64,000 bases of DNA from Escherichia phage vB_Eco_BGP. The stretch lies in sequence record OZ035849; one strand, given 5' to 3'. The translations under genes and the position numbers were made by a program. The stretch's first letter is position 1, and the number at the start of each line of letters is the position of its first letter. The notes under the pieces are model-generated. The model searched no databases and was not told where the DNA came from. It was given only the letters and a program-made list of their open reading frames with translations. This document shows positions 10,406 through 20,839 of the stretch, in pieces.

Positions 10406-11088
10406 TGTTTGATTTTATTATAGATTTTGAAACAATGGGAAGCGGTGAAAAAGCAGCTGTTATTGATTTGGCTGTAATTGCTTTTGACCCTAATCCAGAA
10501 GTCGTTGAAACATTCGATGAATTAGTTTCACGTGGCATTAAAATCAAGTTTGATTTAAAAAGCCAAAAAGGACATCGTCTTTTTACTAAAAGCACTATCG
10601 AATGGTGGAAAAATCAGTCTCCCGAAGCTCGAAAAAATATTGCGCCATCAGATGAAGATGTAAGCACTATCGATGGTATTGCAAAATTTAATGATTACAT
10701 CAATGCACATAACATCGATCCTTGGAAATCTCAGGGCTGGTGCCGTGGAATGTCGTTTGATTTTCCAATTTTAGTCGATCTCATTCGCGATATTCAACGT
10801 CTTAATGGTGTTTCCGAGAATGAGCTTGATACATTTAAGTTAGAACCTTGTAAATTTTGGAATCAGCGTGATATTCGTACCAGAATTGAAGCACTTCTGC
10901 TTGTTCGTGATATGACCACGTGTCCTCTTCCAAAGGGAACTTTAGATGGATTCGTTGCGCATGATTCTATTCATGACTGTGCGAAAGACATCCTGATGAT
11001 GAAGTATGCTTTGCGATACGCTATGGGTCTAGAAGACGCTCCGTCAGAGGAAGAATGCGATCCTCTATCTCTTCCAACAAAACGATAA
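10405..11088 (+). CDS. dexA: exonuclease A DexA (DnaQ-like 3'-5' exonuclease)
   Basis: 227 aa, FIIDFETMG exo I motif; matches T4 DexA. Confidence 0.9.
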   Translation: MFDFIIDFETMGSGEKAAVIDLAVIAFDPNPEVVETFDELVSRGIKIKFDLKSQKGHRLFTKSTIEWWKNQSPEARKNIAPSDEDVSTIDGIAKFNDYINAHNIDPWKSQGWCRGMSFDFPILVDLIRDIQRLNGVSENELDTFKLEPCKFWNQRDIRTRIEALLLVRDMTTCPLPKGTLDGFVAHDSIHDCAKDILMMKYALRYAMGLEDAPSEEECDPLSLPTKR

Positions 11089-11094
11089 AAAGTT

Positions 11095-11124
11095 GTTTAC
11101 TTCCTCGGTTAGTTGTGGTATTAT
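11095..11124 (+). promoter_or_regulatory. T4-type early promoter
   Basis: GTTTAC 11095-11100, TATTAT 11119-11124. Confidence 0.6.
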
Positions 11125-11151
11125 AACACCATAGCTACTGAGGATAATAAA

Positions 11152-11655
11152 ATGAAAATTTATCGTGTTGAATCATCGTTTAGTATTCTTAATAATGAAG
11201 ATGCTATAACAATACGTCGAAATCTTTGTGTTCAAATAACGCCGTACAGGAGTATAATAGATTCATGGAGCGAAGAGTGGTTATTACACGTAGGTTATGA
11301 CAGACCTAATTTTATGCATCATAGTAATGATAACAAAAGAATTCCTCTTCCGCGCGAAGACAAATTATTAGTTAAAAATGCTAATATAGCAATTAATACT
11401 AACTTTGAGAAAGAAGAATATGTAGGCGTAGATCATTATATTCCTGGATGGTTTATAGCTCTTTATCATTTTGCTTTCGCTAGCGAATATGATATGATGA
11501 GATGGTTCACACGAGAAGAGCGGGAAGAATTATCTTCTAAAGGATTTTATCTCGCTGTATACGAAGTTCCTGAAGATGAAGTTATCATTGGTGGGCACCA
11601 AGTAATGTTCCGCAAATCGCATGCTGAACTCGTAGATTTTATTGAAATGAGATAA
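11152..11655 (+). CDS. motB: MotB-like protein
   Basis: About 167 aa from ATG 11152 (SD GAGGA); position after dexA as in T4; name by synteny. Confidence 0.5.
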   Translation: MKIYRVESSFSILNNEDAITIRRNLCVQITPYRSIIDSWSEEWLLHVGYDRPNFMHHSNDNKRIPLPREDKLLVKNANIAINTNFEKEEYVGVDHYIPGWFIALYHFAFASEYDMMRWFTREEREELSSKGFYLAVYEVPEDEVIIGGHQVMFRKSHAELVDFIEMR

Positions 11656-11657
11656 TT

Positions 11658-12200
11658 ATGAAATTTAATTATAATCCTGAATACATACCAAATCCGGTAG
11701 CTAAACCGTTTGATATGGATATAGCAAACATGTACGGCACTCTTGTTAAACCATTAGAAATTAAGGAAACATTTATGACTGCTCGGACCATCGAAATTGG
11801 CAAAACCTACAAACTGGTTGAAACTGAAATTAAAACTACTGAACTAAATTTGGGTTATAAAGCATTGACTAATGCTTTTGGTGAAGGCGAGTTTGTGGTT
11901 AAAAGTTTTTCAAAAAGTAACTGGTATGATAAGAATAAAGCTTACGTGATTCGAGTACACCGTTTAGATAATGATGAAGTAATTAAAACTATAGTCTTTG
12001 AAGCAGAGCTTATCCTCTTCAAAGAAGTTGATCCTACTGACCTTTTGACTCATGCGGTAGCTATTAAGACCCCATTTATTTCGGTCTGTGGTTGGGTAAC
12101 AGACCAATGGATTGAAGATGGTGTTGAACTTCTGAACGTTGTTCATGCGGGTGATTTTAGCGTAGTACCTCGTAGTGCAGTGGTAGCTATTTTGAATTAA
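11658..12200 (+). CDS. hypothetical protein (180 aa)
   Basis: C-terminal motif TDQWIEDGVELLNVVHAGDF shared with ORF 12277-12768. Confidence 0.55.
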   Translation: MKFNYNPEYIPNPVAKPFDMDIANMYGTLVKPLEIKETFMTARTIEIGKTYKLVETEIKTTELNLGYKALTNAFGEGEFVVKSFSKSNWYDKNKAYVIRVHRLDNDEVIKTIVFEAELILFKEVDPTDLLTHAVAIKTPFISVCGWVTDQWIEDGVELLNVVHAGDFSVVPRSAVVAILN

Positions 12201-12202
12201 TA

Positions 12203-12232
12203 GTTTACAAACTCTTGGGACCAGAGTATAAT
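12203..12232 (+). promoter_or_regulatory. T4-type early promoter
   Basis: GTTTAC 12203-12208, TATAAT 12227-12232. Confidence 0.65.
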
Positions 12233-12276
12233 GGTCCTGTGGAGTATAAAATCTTTTTAACAAGTGAGAGATAACT

Positions 12277-12768
12277 ATGATTATTAATATTGGTGAAATT
12301 GCTCGTGTGTCTGATAAATCCCGTTCTAAAGCAGCAGGAAAATTGGTCGAAATTGTAAGCATTCAGCTTAAACACGGCGTTAAAGATGAAGATTCTGAAG
12401 TAAAAGTGCGTATCATTCCTAAAGATGGAAAGTCTAAACCTCAGTTTGGTTATGTTCGCGCGAAATTTCTTGAATCTGCGTTTTTGAAAGATGTTCCCGC
12501 TAAAGGAATTGAAACGATTGATACTTCGCATGTAGGTGTAGACTTTAAGTGGAAACTCGGTCAAGCTATCAAGTTCGTTGCTCCTTATGAGTTTGAATTT
12601 ACTGAAGGTGAGGAAGGTGTTGTTAACCGTACTCGCGCTATGTGTGCATACATTACTGATCAATGGGTAGAAGATGGCGTTAAGTTATACAACGCAGTAT
12701 TTTTAGGAACATACAAAGTCATTCCTGAAAGTTGGATTAAACACTACAGCAAAGCTCGCTATGCATAA
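12277..12768 (+). CDS. hypothetical protein (163 aa), paralogue of 11658-12200
   Basis: Shares TDQWVEDGVKLYNAVFLGTY motif with the upstream ORF. Confidence 0.55.
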   Translation: MIINIGEIARVSDKSRSKAAGKLVEIVSIQLKHGVKDEDSEVKVRIIPKDGKSKPQFGYVRAKFLESAFLKDVPAKGIETIDTSHVGVDFKWKLGQAIKFVAPYEFEFTEGEEGVVNRTRAMCAYITDQWVEDGVKLYNAVFLGTYKVIPESWIKHYSKARYA

Positions 12769-12940
12769 AGTTTAAAATTTTTTTCATAAAACTATATACA
12801 TCAGTAGTTGATTATGGTACTATATCAATATCAACTACTGATACAGAAAACAACTTGGAGAATAAAATGGAAATTCGCTAAAGGTGCTGATACTCTTCTG
12901 AAACGCATCGCTCCAATGTTTAATTAATGAGGAAATTGTA

Positions 12941-13156
12941 ATGAAACGTAAAATTGTTCAGAATTGCACTAATGACGAATTTGAAGATGTATTATTTGAT
13001 CCAAATTTGGTAGTAGTTCAAAAGGAACATACTAGCAAGTTTACTCACTTGACTTCTGTTTATGTGTATGAGAAAGTCGGTGATAAACAGCCAATTTACG
13101 GTGTATTTCGTGAAATTACTGAAGACGGCACAACTTACTGGAAGGAAATTTATTAA
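12941..13156 (+). CDS. hypothetical protein (71 aa; possibly cef-like)
   Basis: Size and position resemble T4 cef; not confirmed by sequence. Confidence 0.45.
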   Translation: MKRKIVQNCTNDEFEDVLFDPNLVVVQKEHTSKFTHLTSVYVYEKVGDKQPIYGVFREITEDGTTYWKEIY

Positions 13157-13575
13157 TGGCTATTAAATTTGAAGTTAATAAATGGTATCAATTTAAAAAT
13201 AAACAAGCTCAAGAAAATTTTATTAAAGACCATACTGATAACGGAATCTATGCGCGGCGTTTAGGTATGGAACCTTTTAAAATTTTAGATGCTGATTATC
13301 TTGGGCGTCCTACTAAAATTATGACATCCATAGGTGTACTCAAACGTTGTGCCGGTGGTGATATCCTTGACGAAAACTTTATCTGGCTCTCTACTAACGA
13401 AGCTGGGTTCTTTGATGAAGTGGAAAATCCATATCAGGCAGCTGAAGAGCAAGAGCAGGAAGAGCAAGAACAAATAGAAGATTTCACAGAATTCCCGGTA
13501 ATGAAAGTTACTATTGAAAATAATGAACAGGCGTGGTCCTTGTATCAGATGTTGAAAGCTCACTTTAAGGAATAA
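13156..13575 (+). CDS. hypothetical protein (139 aa; possibly goF-like)
   Basis: Acidic [10 protein letters not shown] stretch; position as T4 goF; low confidence on the name. Confidence 0.45.
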   Translation: MAIKFEVNKWYQFKNKQAQENFIKDHTDNGIYARRLGMEPFKILDADYLGRPTKIMTSIGVLKRCAGGDILDENFIWLSTNEAGFFDEVENPYQAAEEQEQEEQEQIEDFTEFPVMKVTIENNEQAWSLYQMLKAHFKE

Positions 13576-13577
13576 TT

Positions 13578-13754
13578 ATGCCTCTTTATGATTATAAATG
13601 TCAATCCAAAGACTGCGCAAAAGAATACGAAAAAATCAAGAAAATTTCTGAAAGGGATACTGATGTATGTCCTGATTGTCATCGGATTGCTATTCGGTTA
13701 GTTTCCGCTCCTAAGCATGTGAATGGTGGATTTTACGACTTACTTAAAGGGTGA
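13578..13754 (+). CDS. zinc-ribbon protein (58 aa, CxxC...CxxC)
   Basis: MPLYDYKCQSKDC...CPDCH, FmdB-like ribbon; below the track's size cutoff. Confidence 0.5.
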   Translation: MPLYDYKCQSKDCAKEYEKIKKISERDTDVCPDCHRIAIRLVSAPKHVNGGFYDLLKG

Positions 13755-13756
13755 TT

Positions 13757-14128
13757 ATGTTTAAAATCGGTAAGAAGTATCGTATTCGCGAAGGCGAAGA
13801 AAAGAAATATCTAATGTCTGCTATTTATAGGAATGGTTCTATTAATGCTGTAATATCTACAAGCGAATTTATCGTTGAAGATATGAAAGGTCATAATGTT
13901 ACGATGATTAGTACAGCATCTGGAAATGACGGAAAAATTCTTCACAGTATGCAGAGTAATGTTCTAATTTATGCTGAAGAATTTGACTTCTTCGAAGAAG
14001 TTCCCGAAAATTTTGATTTTGGATGCACTATCACTATGAAATCTGGCGACCCCCTTTCCTTTACAGTTAAAGATGAAAGAAGCCGCTTGAGAGTTATTAG
14101 TCTCCTTCAAGCCATTAAATTTAAGTGA
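13757..14128 (+). CDS. hypothetical protein (about 123 aa)
   Basis: Track ORF 13751-14128 (GTG); ATG at 13757. Confidence 0.5.
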   Translation: MFKIGKKYRIREGEEKKYLMSAIYRNGSINAVISTSEFIVEDMKGHNVTMISTASGNDGKILHSMQSNVLIYAEEFDFFEEVPENFDFGCTITMKSGDPLSFTVKDERSRLRVISLLQAIKFK

Positions 14129-14133
14129 AAATT

Positions 14134-14394
14134 ATGAAATATGTTAATCGTTCTATCGCAGCATTAGTATTAGCAGTATCTTTAGTAGGATGTACTGATG
14201 CTGATAATGCAACCAAAGTTTTGTCTTCAAGTGGTTTTACTAATATTGAAATCACTGGATATAATTGGTTCGGTTGCTCTGAAAATGATTTCCAGCATAC
14301 TGGATTTCGTGCTATTGGACCTACTGGGCAGAAAGTAGAAGGAACAGTATGTTCTGGTCTATTCTTCAAGGATTCGACTATTCGTTTTAAATAA
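14134..14394 (+). CDS. putative lipoprotein (about 86 aa)
   Basis: Signal peptide ending in lipobox LVGC (Cys about position 20). Confidence 0.5.
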   Translation: MKYVNRSIAALVLAVSLVGCTDADNATKVLSSSGFTNIEITGYNWFGCSENDFQHTGFRAIGPTGQKVEGTVCSGLFFKDSTIRFK

Positions 14395-14410
14395 AAGGCC
14401 TTCGGGCCTT
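14395..14410 (+). terminator. hairpin AAGGCC-UUCG-GGCCUU (terminator-like, weak T-run)
   Basis: UUCG tetraloop hairpin right after the stop codon. Confidence 0.4.
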
Positions 14411-14463
14411 TAGCTTTATGATTATTGGAGTATAATATTCCCGAAACCAAACGAGGATAAGTG

Positions 14464-16281
14464 ATGATTAAGAATGAAATTAAAATTCTGAGCGATATTG
14501 AACATATCAAAAAGCGTAGCGGCATGTATATTGGCTCTTCTGCTAATGAAATGCATGAGCGCTTTCTGTTTGGTAAATGGGAAAGTGTTCAGTATGTACC
14601 TGGTCTTGTTAAGCTTATTGATGAAATTATCGATAACTCAGTAGATGAAGGTATTCGTACTAAGTTTAAATTCGCAAATAAAATTAATGTTACTATTAAA
14701 AACAATCAAGTAACAGTTGAAGATAACGGTCGTGGTATTCCACAGGCGATGGTTAAAACACCTACAGGTGAAGAAATTCCTGGTCCTGTTGCTGCGTGGA
14801 CTATTCCAAAAGCAGGTGGTAACTTCGGTGATGATAAAGAACGCGTCACCGGCGGTATGAATGGTGTTGGTTCTAGTTTGACAAACATTTTTTCTGTGAT
14901 GTTTGTCGGTGAAACTGGCGACGGTCAAAATAATATTGTAGTTCGTTGTTCAAATGGCATGGAAAATAAATCATGGGAAGATATTCCTGGAAAATGGAAA
15001 GGAACTCGTGTTACTTTCATTCCTGATTTTATGTCATTTGAAACTAATGAGCTGTCCCAAGTTTATCTTGACATTACACTAGATCGTCTCCAGACACTTG
15101 CAGTAGTTTATCCTGATATTCAATTTACCTTTAATGGTAAAAAGGTTCAGGGCAATTTTAAGAAATATGCACGACAGTATGATGAACATGCTATTGTTCA
15201 AGAACAAGAAAATTGTTCTATTGCGGTTGGTCGTTCACCGGATGGTTTTCGTCAATTAACATACGTCAATAACATTCATACTAAGAATGGTGGCCATCAC
15301 ATTGACTGCGTTATGGATGATATTTGTGAAGACCTTATTCCACAAATCAAACGTAAGTTCAAAATTGATGTAACTAAAGCGCGTGTTAAAGAATGTTTGA
15401 CTATCGTTATGTTTGTTCGTGATATGAAAAACATGCGATTTGATTCTCAAACTAAAGAGCGTTTGACTTCTCCATTTGGCGAAATTCGTAGTCATATTCA
15501 ACTTGACGCTAAAAAGATTTCACGCGCTATTCTAAATAATGAAGCAATTCTGATGCCAATTATTGAAGCTGCCTTGGCTCGTAAATTGGCGGCAGAAAAA
15601 GCAGCAGAAACTAAAGCAGCTAAAAAGGCTTCTAAAGCTAAGGTTCATAAACATATTAAAGCGAATCTTTGTGGTAAAGACGCTGACACTACTCTTTTCT
15701 TGACTGAGGGTGATTCTGCTATCGGATATCTTATTGATGTTCGTGATAAAGAACTTCATGGTGGTTATCCATTGCGTGGTAAAGTTCTCAACAGTTGGGG
15801 TATGTCATATGCCGATATGCTTAAAAACAAAGAACTGTTTGACATTTGCGCAATCACTGGATTAGTTCTTGGTGAAAAGGCTGAAAACTTGAATTATCAT
15901 AATATTGCTATTATGACCGATGCTGACCACGATGGTCTAGGAAGCATTTATCCTTCTCTGCTCGGATTTTTTAGTAATTGGCCAGAACTGTTTGAACAAG
16001 GAAGAATTCGCTTCGTCAAAACTCCTGTAATCATCGCTCAGGTCGGTAAAAAACAAGAATGGTTTTATACAGTCGCTGAATATGAGAGTGCCAAAGATGC
16101 TCTACCTAAACATAGCATCCGTTATATTAAAGGACTTGGCTCTTTGGAAAAATCTGAATATCGTGAAATGATTCAAAATCCAGTATATGATGTTGTTAAA
16201 CTTCCTGAGAACTGGAAAGAGCTTTTTGAAATGCTCATGGGAGATAATGCTGACCTTCGCAAAGAATGGATGAGTCAGTAG
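14464..16281 (+). CDS. 39: DNA topoisomerase II large subunit, uninterrupted (T4 39 plus 60 equivalent)
   Basis: 605 aa from ATG 14464; GyrB-like ATPase N-terminus and TOPRIM C-terminus in one frame. Confidence 0.9.
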   Translation: MIKNEIKILSDIEHIKKRSGMYIGSSANEMHERFLFGKWESVQYVPGLVKLIDEIIDNSVDEGIRTKFKFANKINVTIKNNQVTVEDNGRGIPQAMVKTPTGEEIPGPVAAWTIPKAGGNFGDDKERVTGGMNGVGSSLTNIFSVMFVGETGDGQNNIVVRCSNGMENKSWEDIPGKWKGTRVTFIPDFMSFETNELSQVYLDITLDRLQTLAVVYPDIQFTFNGKKVQGNFKKYARQYDEHAIVQEQENCSIAVGRSPDGFRQLTYVNNIHTKNGGHHIDCVMDDICEDLIPQIKRKFKIDVTKARVKECLTIVMFVRDMKNMRFDSQTKERLTSPFGEIRSHIQLDAKKISRAILNNEAILMPIIEAALARKLAAEKAAETKAAKKASKAKVHKHIKANLCGKDADTTLFLTEGDSAIGYLIDVRDKELHGGYPLRGKVLNSWGMSYADMLKNKELFDICAITGLVLGEKAENLNYHNIAIMTDADHDGLGSIYPSLLGFFSNWPELFEQGRIRFVKTPVIIAQVGKKQEWFYTVAEYESAKDALPKHSIRYIKGLGSLEKSEYREMIQNPVYDVVKLPENWKELFEMLMGDNADLRKEWMSQ

Positions 16282-16310
16282 TTTACTTTACCACAAGGAT
16301 GTGGTATAAT
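16281..16310 (+). promoter_or_regulatory. T4-type early promoter
   Basis: GTTTAC 16281-16286, TATAAT 16305-16310. Confidence 0.65.
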
Positions 16311-16335
16311 TAATTGGGCAAATGAGGATATTGAA

Positions 16336-16539
16336 ATGAAATCATATAAAGTAAATTTAGAACTTTTTGATAAAGCAGTTCATCGAGAATATAGAATCAT
16401 TCAACGCTTTTTCGATATGGGAGAAGCCGAAGAATTTAAAAACCGCTTTAAGGATATTAGAGATAAAATTCAATCCGACACTGCAACTAAAGATGAACTA
16501 CTAGAAGTTGCTGAAGTTATTAAGCGTAATATGAATTAA
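16336..16539 (+). CDS. hypothetical protein (67 aa, rIIA.1 position)
   Basis: ORF after early promoter, directly upstream of rIIA. Confidence 0.5.
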   Translation: MKSYKVNLELFDKAVHREYRIIQRFFDMGEAEEFKNRFKDIRDKIQSDTATKDELLEVAEVIKRNMN

Positions 16540-16549
16540 TGAGGAAATT

Positions 16550-18727
16550 ATGATTATCACCACTGAAAAAGAAACAATTCTTGGTAATGGTTCTAAATCA
16601 AAAGCATTTAGCATCGCAGCAAATCCTAAAGTATTTAAAATTCTGTCATCTGATTTGTATACAAACAAGATTCGCGCAGTAGTCCGTGAATTGATTACTA
16701 ACATGATTGATGCTCATGCACTTAATGGAAATCCTGAAAAATTTATCATACAAGTTCCTGGACGTTTAGACCCACGATTTATTTGTCGAGATTTTGGTCC
16801 GGGTATGAGTGATTTTGATATTCAAGGTGATGATAATTCTCCTGGTTTGTATAATTCATACTTCAGTTCATCTAAGGCTGAATCTAACGATTTCATTGGC
16901 GGATTTGGTTTAGGTTCTAAATCTCCGTTTAGTTATACTGATACATTTAGTATTACTTCGTATCATAAAGGTGAAATTCGTGGTTATGTAGCTTACATGG
17001 ATGGCGATGGTCCACAAATTAAACCTACATTCGTAAAAGAAATGGGTCCAGATGATAAAACTGGTATTGAAATCGTAGTTCCAGTTGAAGAAAAAGACTT
17101 TAGAAACTTTGCTTATGAAGTTTCTTATATCATGCGACCATTCAAAGATTTGGCTATCATTAATGGTCTTGACCGCGAAATTGATTATTTTCCGGATTTT
17201 GATGATTATTACGGTGTAAATCCAGAAAGATACTGGCCTGATCGCGGCGGATTATATGCTATCTATGGCGGTATTGTTTATCCTATCGATGGTGTTATTA
17301 GAGACCGTAACTGGCTAAGCATTCGCAATGAAGTGAATTACATTAAGTTTCCAATGGGTTCACTGGATATTGCTCCATCTCGCGAGGCTCTTTCATTAGA
17401 TGATCGCACTCGTAAAAATATCATTGAACGAGTTAAAGAACTCAGTGAGAAAGCATTTAATGAAGATGTAAAACGATTTAAAGAATCTACATCTCCTCGT
17501 CACACATATCGTGAATTGATGAAGATGGGATATTCTGCTCGAGATTATATGATTAGTAATTCAGTCAAATTCACGACTAAAAATCTGTCATATAAAAAGA
17601 TGCAGAGCATGTTTGAGCCTGACAGTAAGTTATGTAATGCAGGAGTTGTGTATGAAGTAAATCTTGACCCTCGACTGAAGCGAATTAAGCAAAGTCATGA
17701 AACTTCAGCCGTTGCATCAAGTTATCGTCTGTTTGGTATTAATACAACAAAAATTAATATCGTTATTGATAATATTAAAAATCGTGTTAATATTGTTCGT
17801 GGATTAGCACGTGCGTTAGATGATAGTGAATTTAATAACACTTTGAATATTCATCATAATGAGCGTCTTCTGTTTATTAATCCAGAAGTAGAATCGCAGA
17901 TTGATTTACTCCCTGATATTATGGCGATGTTTGAAAGTGATGAAGTTAACATTCATTATTTGTCAGAAATTGAAGCTTTAGTTAAAAGTTATATTCCAAA
18001 GGTAGTTAAAAGTAAAGCTCCTCGTCCTAAAGCTGCTACAGCATTTAAGTTTGAAATTAAAGACGGGCGCTGGGAAAAAGAGGAATTATTTACGCTAACA
18101 TCAGAAGCAGATGAAATTACTGGTTATGTAGCGTATATGCATCGTTCTGATATTTTCTCTATGGATGGTACTACATCTCTCTGTCATCCATCTATGAATA
18201 TTTTGATTCGTATGGCTAATCTTATTGGCATTAATGAATTTTATGTTATTCGTCCGCTTTTACAGAAAAAGGTAAAAGAACTCGGTCAGTGCCAATGTAT
18301 TTTTGAAGCTTTGCGTGATTTATATGTAGATGCTTTTGATGATGTAGATTATGATAAGTACGTAGGTTATTCAAGTTCAGCTCAACGATATATTGATAAA
18401 ATTATCAAGTATCCTGAACTAGATTTTATGATGAAGTACTTCAGTACAGATGAAGTTTCTGAAGAATATACACGACTCGCTAATATAGTTAGTTCATTGC
18501 GTGGTGTATATTTTAATGGTGGAAAAGATACCATCGGTCATGACATCTGGACAGTAACTAATCTTTTTGATGTATTATCAAATAATGCTTCAAAAAACAG
18601 TGATAAAATGGTTGCTGAGTTTACCAAGAAATTCCGTATTGTTTCCGACTTCATCGGATATCGCAACTCTTTAAGTGATGATGAAGTTTCCCAAATCGCC
18701 AAAACTATGAAGGCCCTTGCGGCCTAA
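16550..18727 (+). CDS. rIIA: rIIA protein
   Basis: 725 aa; matches T4 rIIA from memory. Confidence 0.95.
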   Translation: MIITTEKETILGNGSKSKAFSIAANPKVFKILSSDLYTNKIRAVVRELITNMIDAHALNGNPEKFIIQVPGRLDPRFICRDFGPGMSDFDIQGDDNSPGLYNSYFSSSKAESNDFIGGFGLGSKSPFSYTDTFSITSYHKGEIRGYVAYMDGDGPQIKPTFVKEMGPDDKTGIEIVVPVEEKDFRNFAYEVSYIMRPFKDLAIINGLDREIDYFPDFDDYYGVNPERYWPDRGGLYAIYGGIVYPIDGVIRDRNWLSIRNEVNYIKFPMGSLDIAPSREALSLDDRTRKNIIERVKELSEKAFNEDVKRFKESTSPRHTYRELMKMGYSARDYMISNSVKFTTKNLSYKKMQSMFEPDSKLCNAGVVYEVNLDPRLKRIKQSHETSAVASSYRLFGINTTKINIVIDNIKNRVNIVRGLARALDDSEFNNTLNIHHNERLLFINPEVESQIDLLPDIMAMFESDEVNIHYLSEIEALVKSYIPKVVKSKAPRPKAATAFKFEIKDGRWEKEELFTLTSEADEITGYVAYMHRSDIFSMDGTTSLCHPSMNILIRMANLIGINEFYVIRPLLQKKVKELGQCQCIFEALRDLYVDAFDDVDYDKYVGYSSSAQRYIDKIIKYPELDFMMKYFSTDEVSEEYTRLANIVSSLRGVYFNGGKDTIGHDIWTVTNLFDVLSNNASKNSDKMVAEFTKKFRIVSDFIGYRNSLSDDEVSQIAKTMKALAA

Positions 18728-18738
18728 TAAGGAAAATT

Positions 18739-19677
18739 ATGTACAATATTAAATGCCTGACCAAAAACGAACAAGCTGAAATTGTTAAACTGTATTCAAG
18801 TGGTAATTACACTCAGCAGGAATTAGCTTATTGGAAGGATGTATCGGTTGACACAATCCGTCGTGTTTTGAAAAATGCTGAAGAAGCTAAACACCCTAAA
18901 GTTACTATTAGCGGTGATATTACAGTTAAAGTTAATAGCGATGCAGTTATTGCTCCAGTTGCTAAATCTGACATTATTTGGAATGCATCTAAAAAATTCA
19001 TTTCAATTACTGTTGACGGTGTAACTTATAACGCAACTCCTAATACTCATTCAAACTTCCAGGAAATTCTTAATCTGCTTGTAGCAGATAAGCTGGAAGA
19101 AGCTGCACAAAAAATTAATGTTCGTCGCGCTGTTGAAAAATATATTTCCGGCGATGTTCGAATTGAAGGTGGAAGCTTGTTCTATCAAAATATTGAATTG
19201 CGGTCTGGTTTGGTTGATCGTATTCTTGACTCGATGGAAAAAGGCGAAAACTTTGAATTTTATTTTCCGTTCTTGGAAAATCTGCTGGAAAACCCAAGCC
19301 AAAAAGCGGTATCTCGACTCTTTGATTTCTTGGTAGCAAACGATATTGAAATTACAGAAGATGGCTACTTCTATGCTTGGAAAGTAGTTCGTGACAACTA
19401 CTTTGACTGTCACTCAAACACCTTTGATAACAGTCCGGGTAAAGTAGTTAAAATGCCACGTACTCGTGTGAATGACGATGATACACAAACTTGTTCTCGT
19501 GGTCTGCATGTGTGTTCTAAATCTTATATTCGTCATTTTGGCAGTTCAACCAGCCGAGTTGTAAAAGTTAAAGTTCATCCTCGCGATGTAGTATCAATTC
19601 CGATTGATTACAACGATGCTAAAATGCGTACCTGCCAATACGAAGTAGTTGAAGACGTTACTGAACAATTTAAATAA
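18739..19677 (+). CDS. rIIB: rIIB protein
   Basis: 312 aa, MYNIKCLTKNEQAEIVKLYSSGNY...; matches T4 rIIB. Confidence 0.95.
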   Translation: MYNIKCLTKNEQAEIVKLYSSGNYTQQELAYWKDVSVDTIRRVLKNAEEAKHPKVTISGDITVKVNSDAVIAPVAKSDIIWNASKKFISITVDGVTYNATPNTHSNFQEILNLLVADKLEEAAQKINVRRAVEKYISGDVRIEGGSLFYQNIELRSGLVDRILDSMEKGENFEFYFPFLENLLENPSQKAVSRLFDFLVANDIEITEDGYFYAWKVVRDNYFDCHSNTFDNSPGKVVKMPRTRVNDDDTQTCSRGLHVCSKSYIRHFGSSTSRVVKVKVHPRDVVSIPIDYNDAKMRTCQYEVVEDVTEQFK

Positions 19678-19709
19678 GGGCTTCGGCCCTTATCACATTA
19701 AGGAAAATT

Positions 19710-19904
19710 ATGTTAGGTTATCAAGCACGAGTAAAAGAAGAATACGATCAATTAATGCTCAAAATTAATGCACTGAGTAAATTTTTAGAAAGCGCAAAGT
19801 TTCTAACAGTTAACGCAGTTGAGCAAGAACTGCTACTTTCGCAGTTCATCTCAATGAAATCTTATGCTGAATGTCTAGAGAAAAGAATTGCACAATTCAA
19901 GTAA
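19710..19904 (+). CDS. hypothetical protein (64 aa)
   Basis: ORF between two UUCG hairpins. Confidence 0.45.
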   Translation: MLGYQARVKEEYDQLMLKINALSKFLESAKFLTVNAVEQELLLSQFISMKSYAECLEKRIAQFK

Positions 19905-19908
19905 AATA

Positions 19909-19931
19909 AAGGGCTTCGGCCCTTTTGTTTT
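19909..19931 (+). terminator. rho-independent terminator (AAGGGC-UUCG-GCCCUU, T-run)
   Basis: 6-bp stem, UUCG loop, TTGTTTT. Confidence 0.7.
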
Positions 19932-19942
19932 AAGGAAAAATT

Positions 19943-20272
19943 ATGATTTATTGTATGAATATCGGTGATTCCGACATAAAAGAGATTAAACTGCACGGAA
20001 ATCATCACGCTAATATTGTGTACTGTAATAAATTTGAGTTTGGTCACGAAAAACTTGGGTTTCTTTACTGTAATGATGTTATAGTCATGGATAAAAAGGA
20101 GCTTGATGAACTTGACCGCGAGTCTTTAGATGAAAATGACCGAATTTATTACGGCACTCTTAAAGTATATAACGCTTATCTCAGTGGTAAAAAGGAAAGT
20201 CTAAATGCAGAAAACGAATCCGGGTTTACAGAGACTATTTCAGATTCCGACATTTACCCTATCGAACGGTGA
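19943..20272 (+). CDS. hypothetical protein (109 aa)
   Basis: ORF with SD AAGGAAAAA; overlaps the denB start region. Confidence 0.45.
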   Translation: MIYCMNIGDSDIKEIKLHGNHHANIVYCNKFEFGHEKLGFLYCNDVIVMDKKELDELDRESLDENDRIYYGTLKVYNAYLSGKKESLNAENESGFTETISDSDIYPIER

Positions 20273-20762
20273 CTTGACTAGTGAAATGAAGGTCAAAATT
20301 GCTGATACAGCAAGATACTCTTTAAAACAAAATCCGAATCAGGATAAGGCAGAAGTTATCGAAAGATGCCGTATCGCTGTGTACGCAGAATTTTTTGTAG
20401 CAGATTGGCTGAGCGGGTATGTTAACAAAGGTCAAGAAGATGTCGATGATCCGTACACATATGCATGGGATGTATTGGCGCATCCAAAATACTGTGGGCT
20501 TCGTGTAGAAGTTAAGACACATCAAACTGACTCACGTTGGATTTCTGTAACAACAGGATGCAGCGGAGAGTATCCATACGGTTCTGGAATAAATCTAGGG
20601 CCCATTCTAAATCATCAAGTCGCTGACTGTATAATTATATTCAACACTAAAGAAATTCATCCAGGTGTCATCCAGTACACTCCGAAGTTCATCGGTGACA
20701 GAGAAGACCTTCGTAAGGTTGTAAGAAAAAGCAACTACAACGGATGGTATCTTTCCATTTAA
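20205..20762 (+). CDS. denB: endonuclease IV DenB
   Basis: 185 aa; size and position match T4 denB; sequence looks familiar. Confidence 0.75.
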   Translation: MQKTNPGLQRLFQIPTFTLSNGDLTSEMKVKIADTARYSLKQNPNQDKAEVIERCRIAVYAEFFVADWLSGYVNKGQEDVDDPYTYAWDVLAHPKYCGLRVEVKTHQTDSRWISVTTGCSGEYPYGSGINLGPILNHQVADCIIIFNTKEIHPGVIQYTPKFIGDREDLRKVVRKSNYNGWYLSI

Positions 20763-20782
20763 AAAAAAAATTTCACAAAATG

Positions 20783-20812
20783 GTTTACATACCACAAGGA
20801 CCGTGGTACTAT
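20783..20812 (+). promoter_or_regulatory. T4-type early promoter
   Basis: GTTTAC 20783-20788, TACTAT 20807-20812. Confidence 0.65.
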
Positions 20813-20839
20813 ACAACTATCAGCTACGGAGGAGTAAAA

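Noticed and set aside
14121-14928. Minus-strand ORFs opposite the lipoprotein gene and the gene 39 start
   Set aside because: Antisense to supported plus-strand genes in a unidirectional early array.
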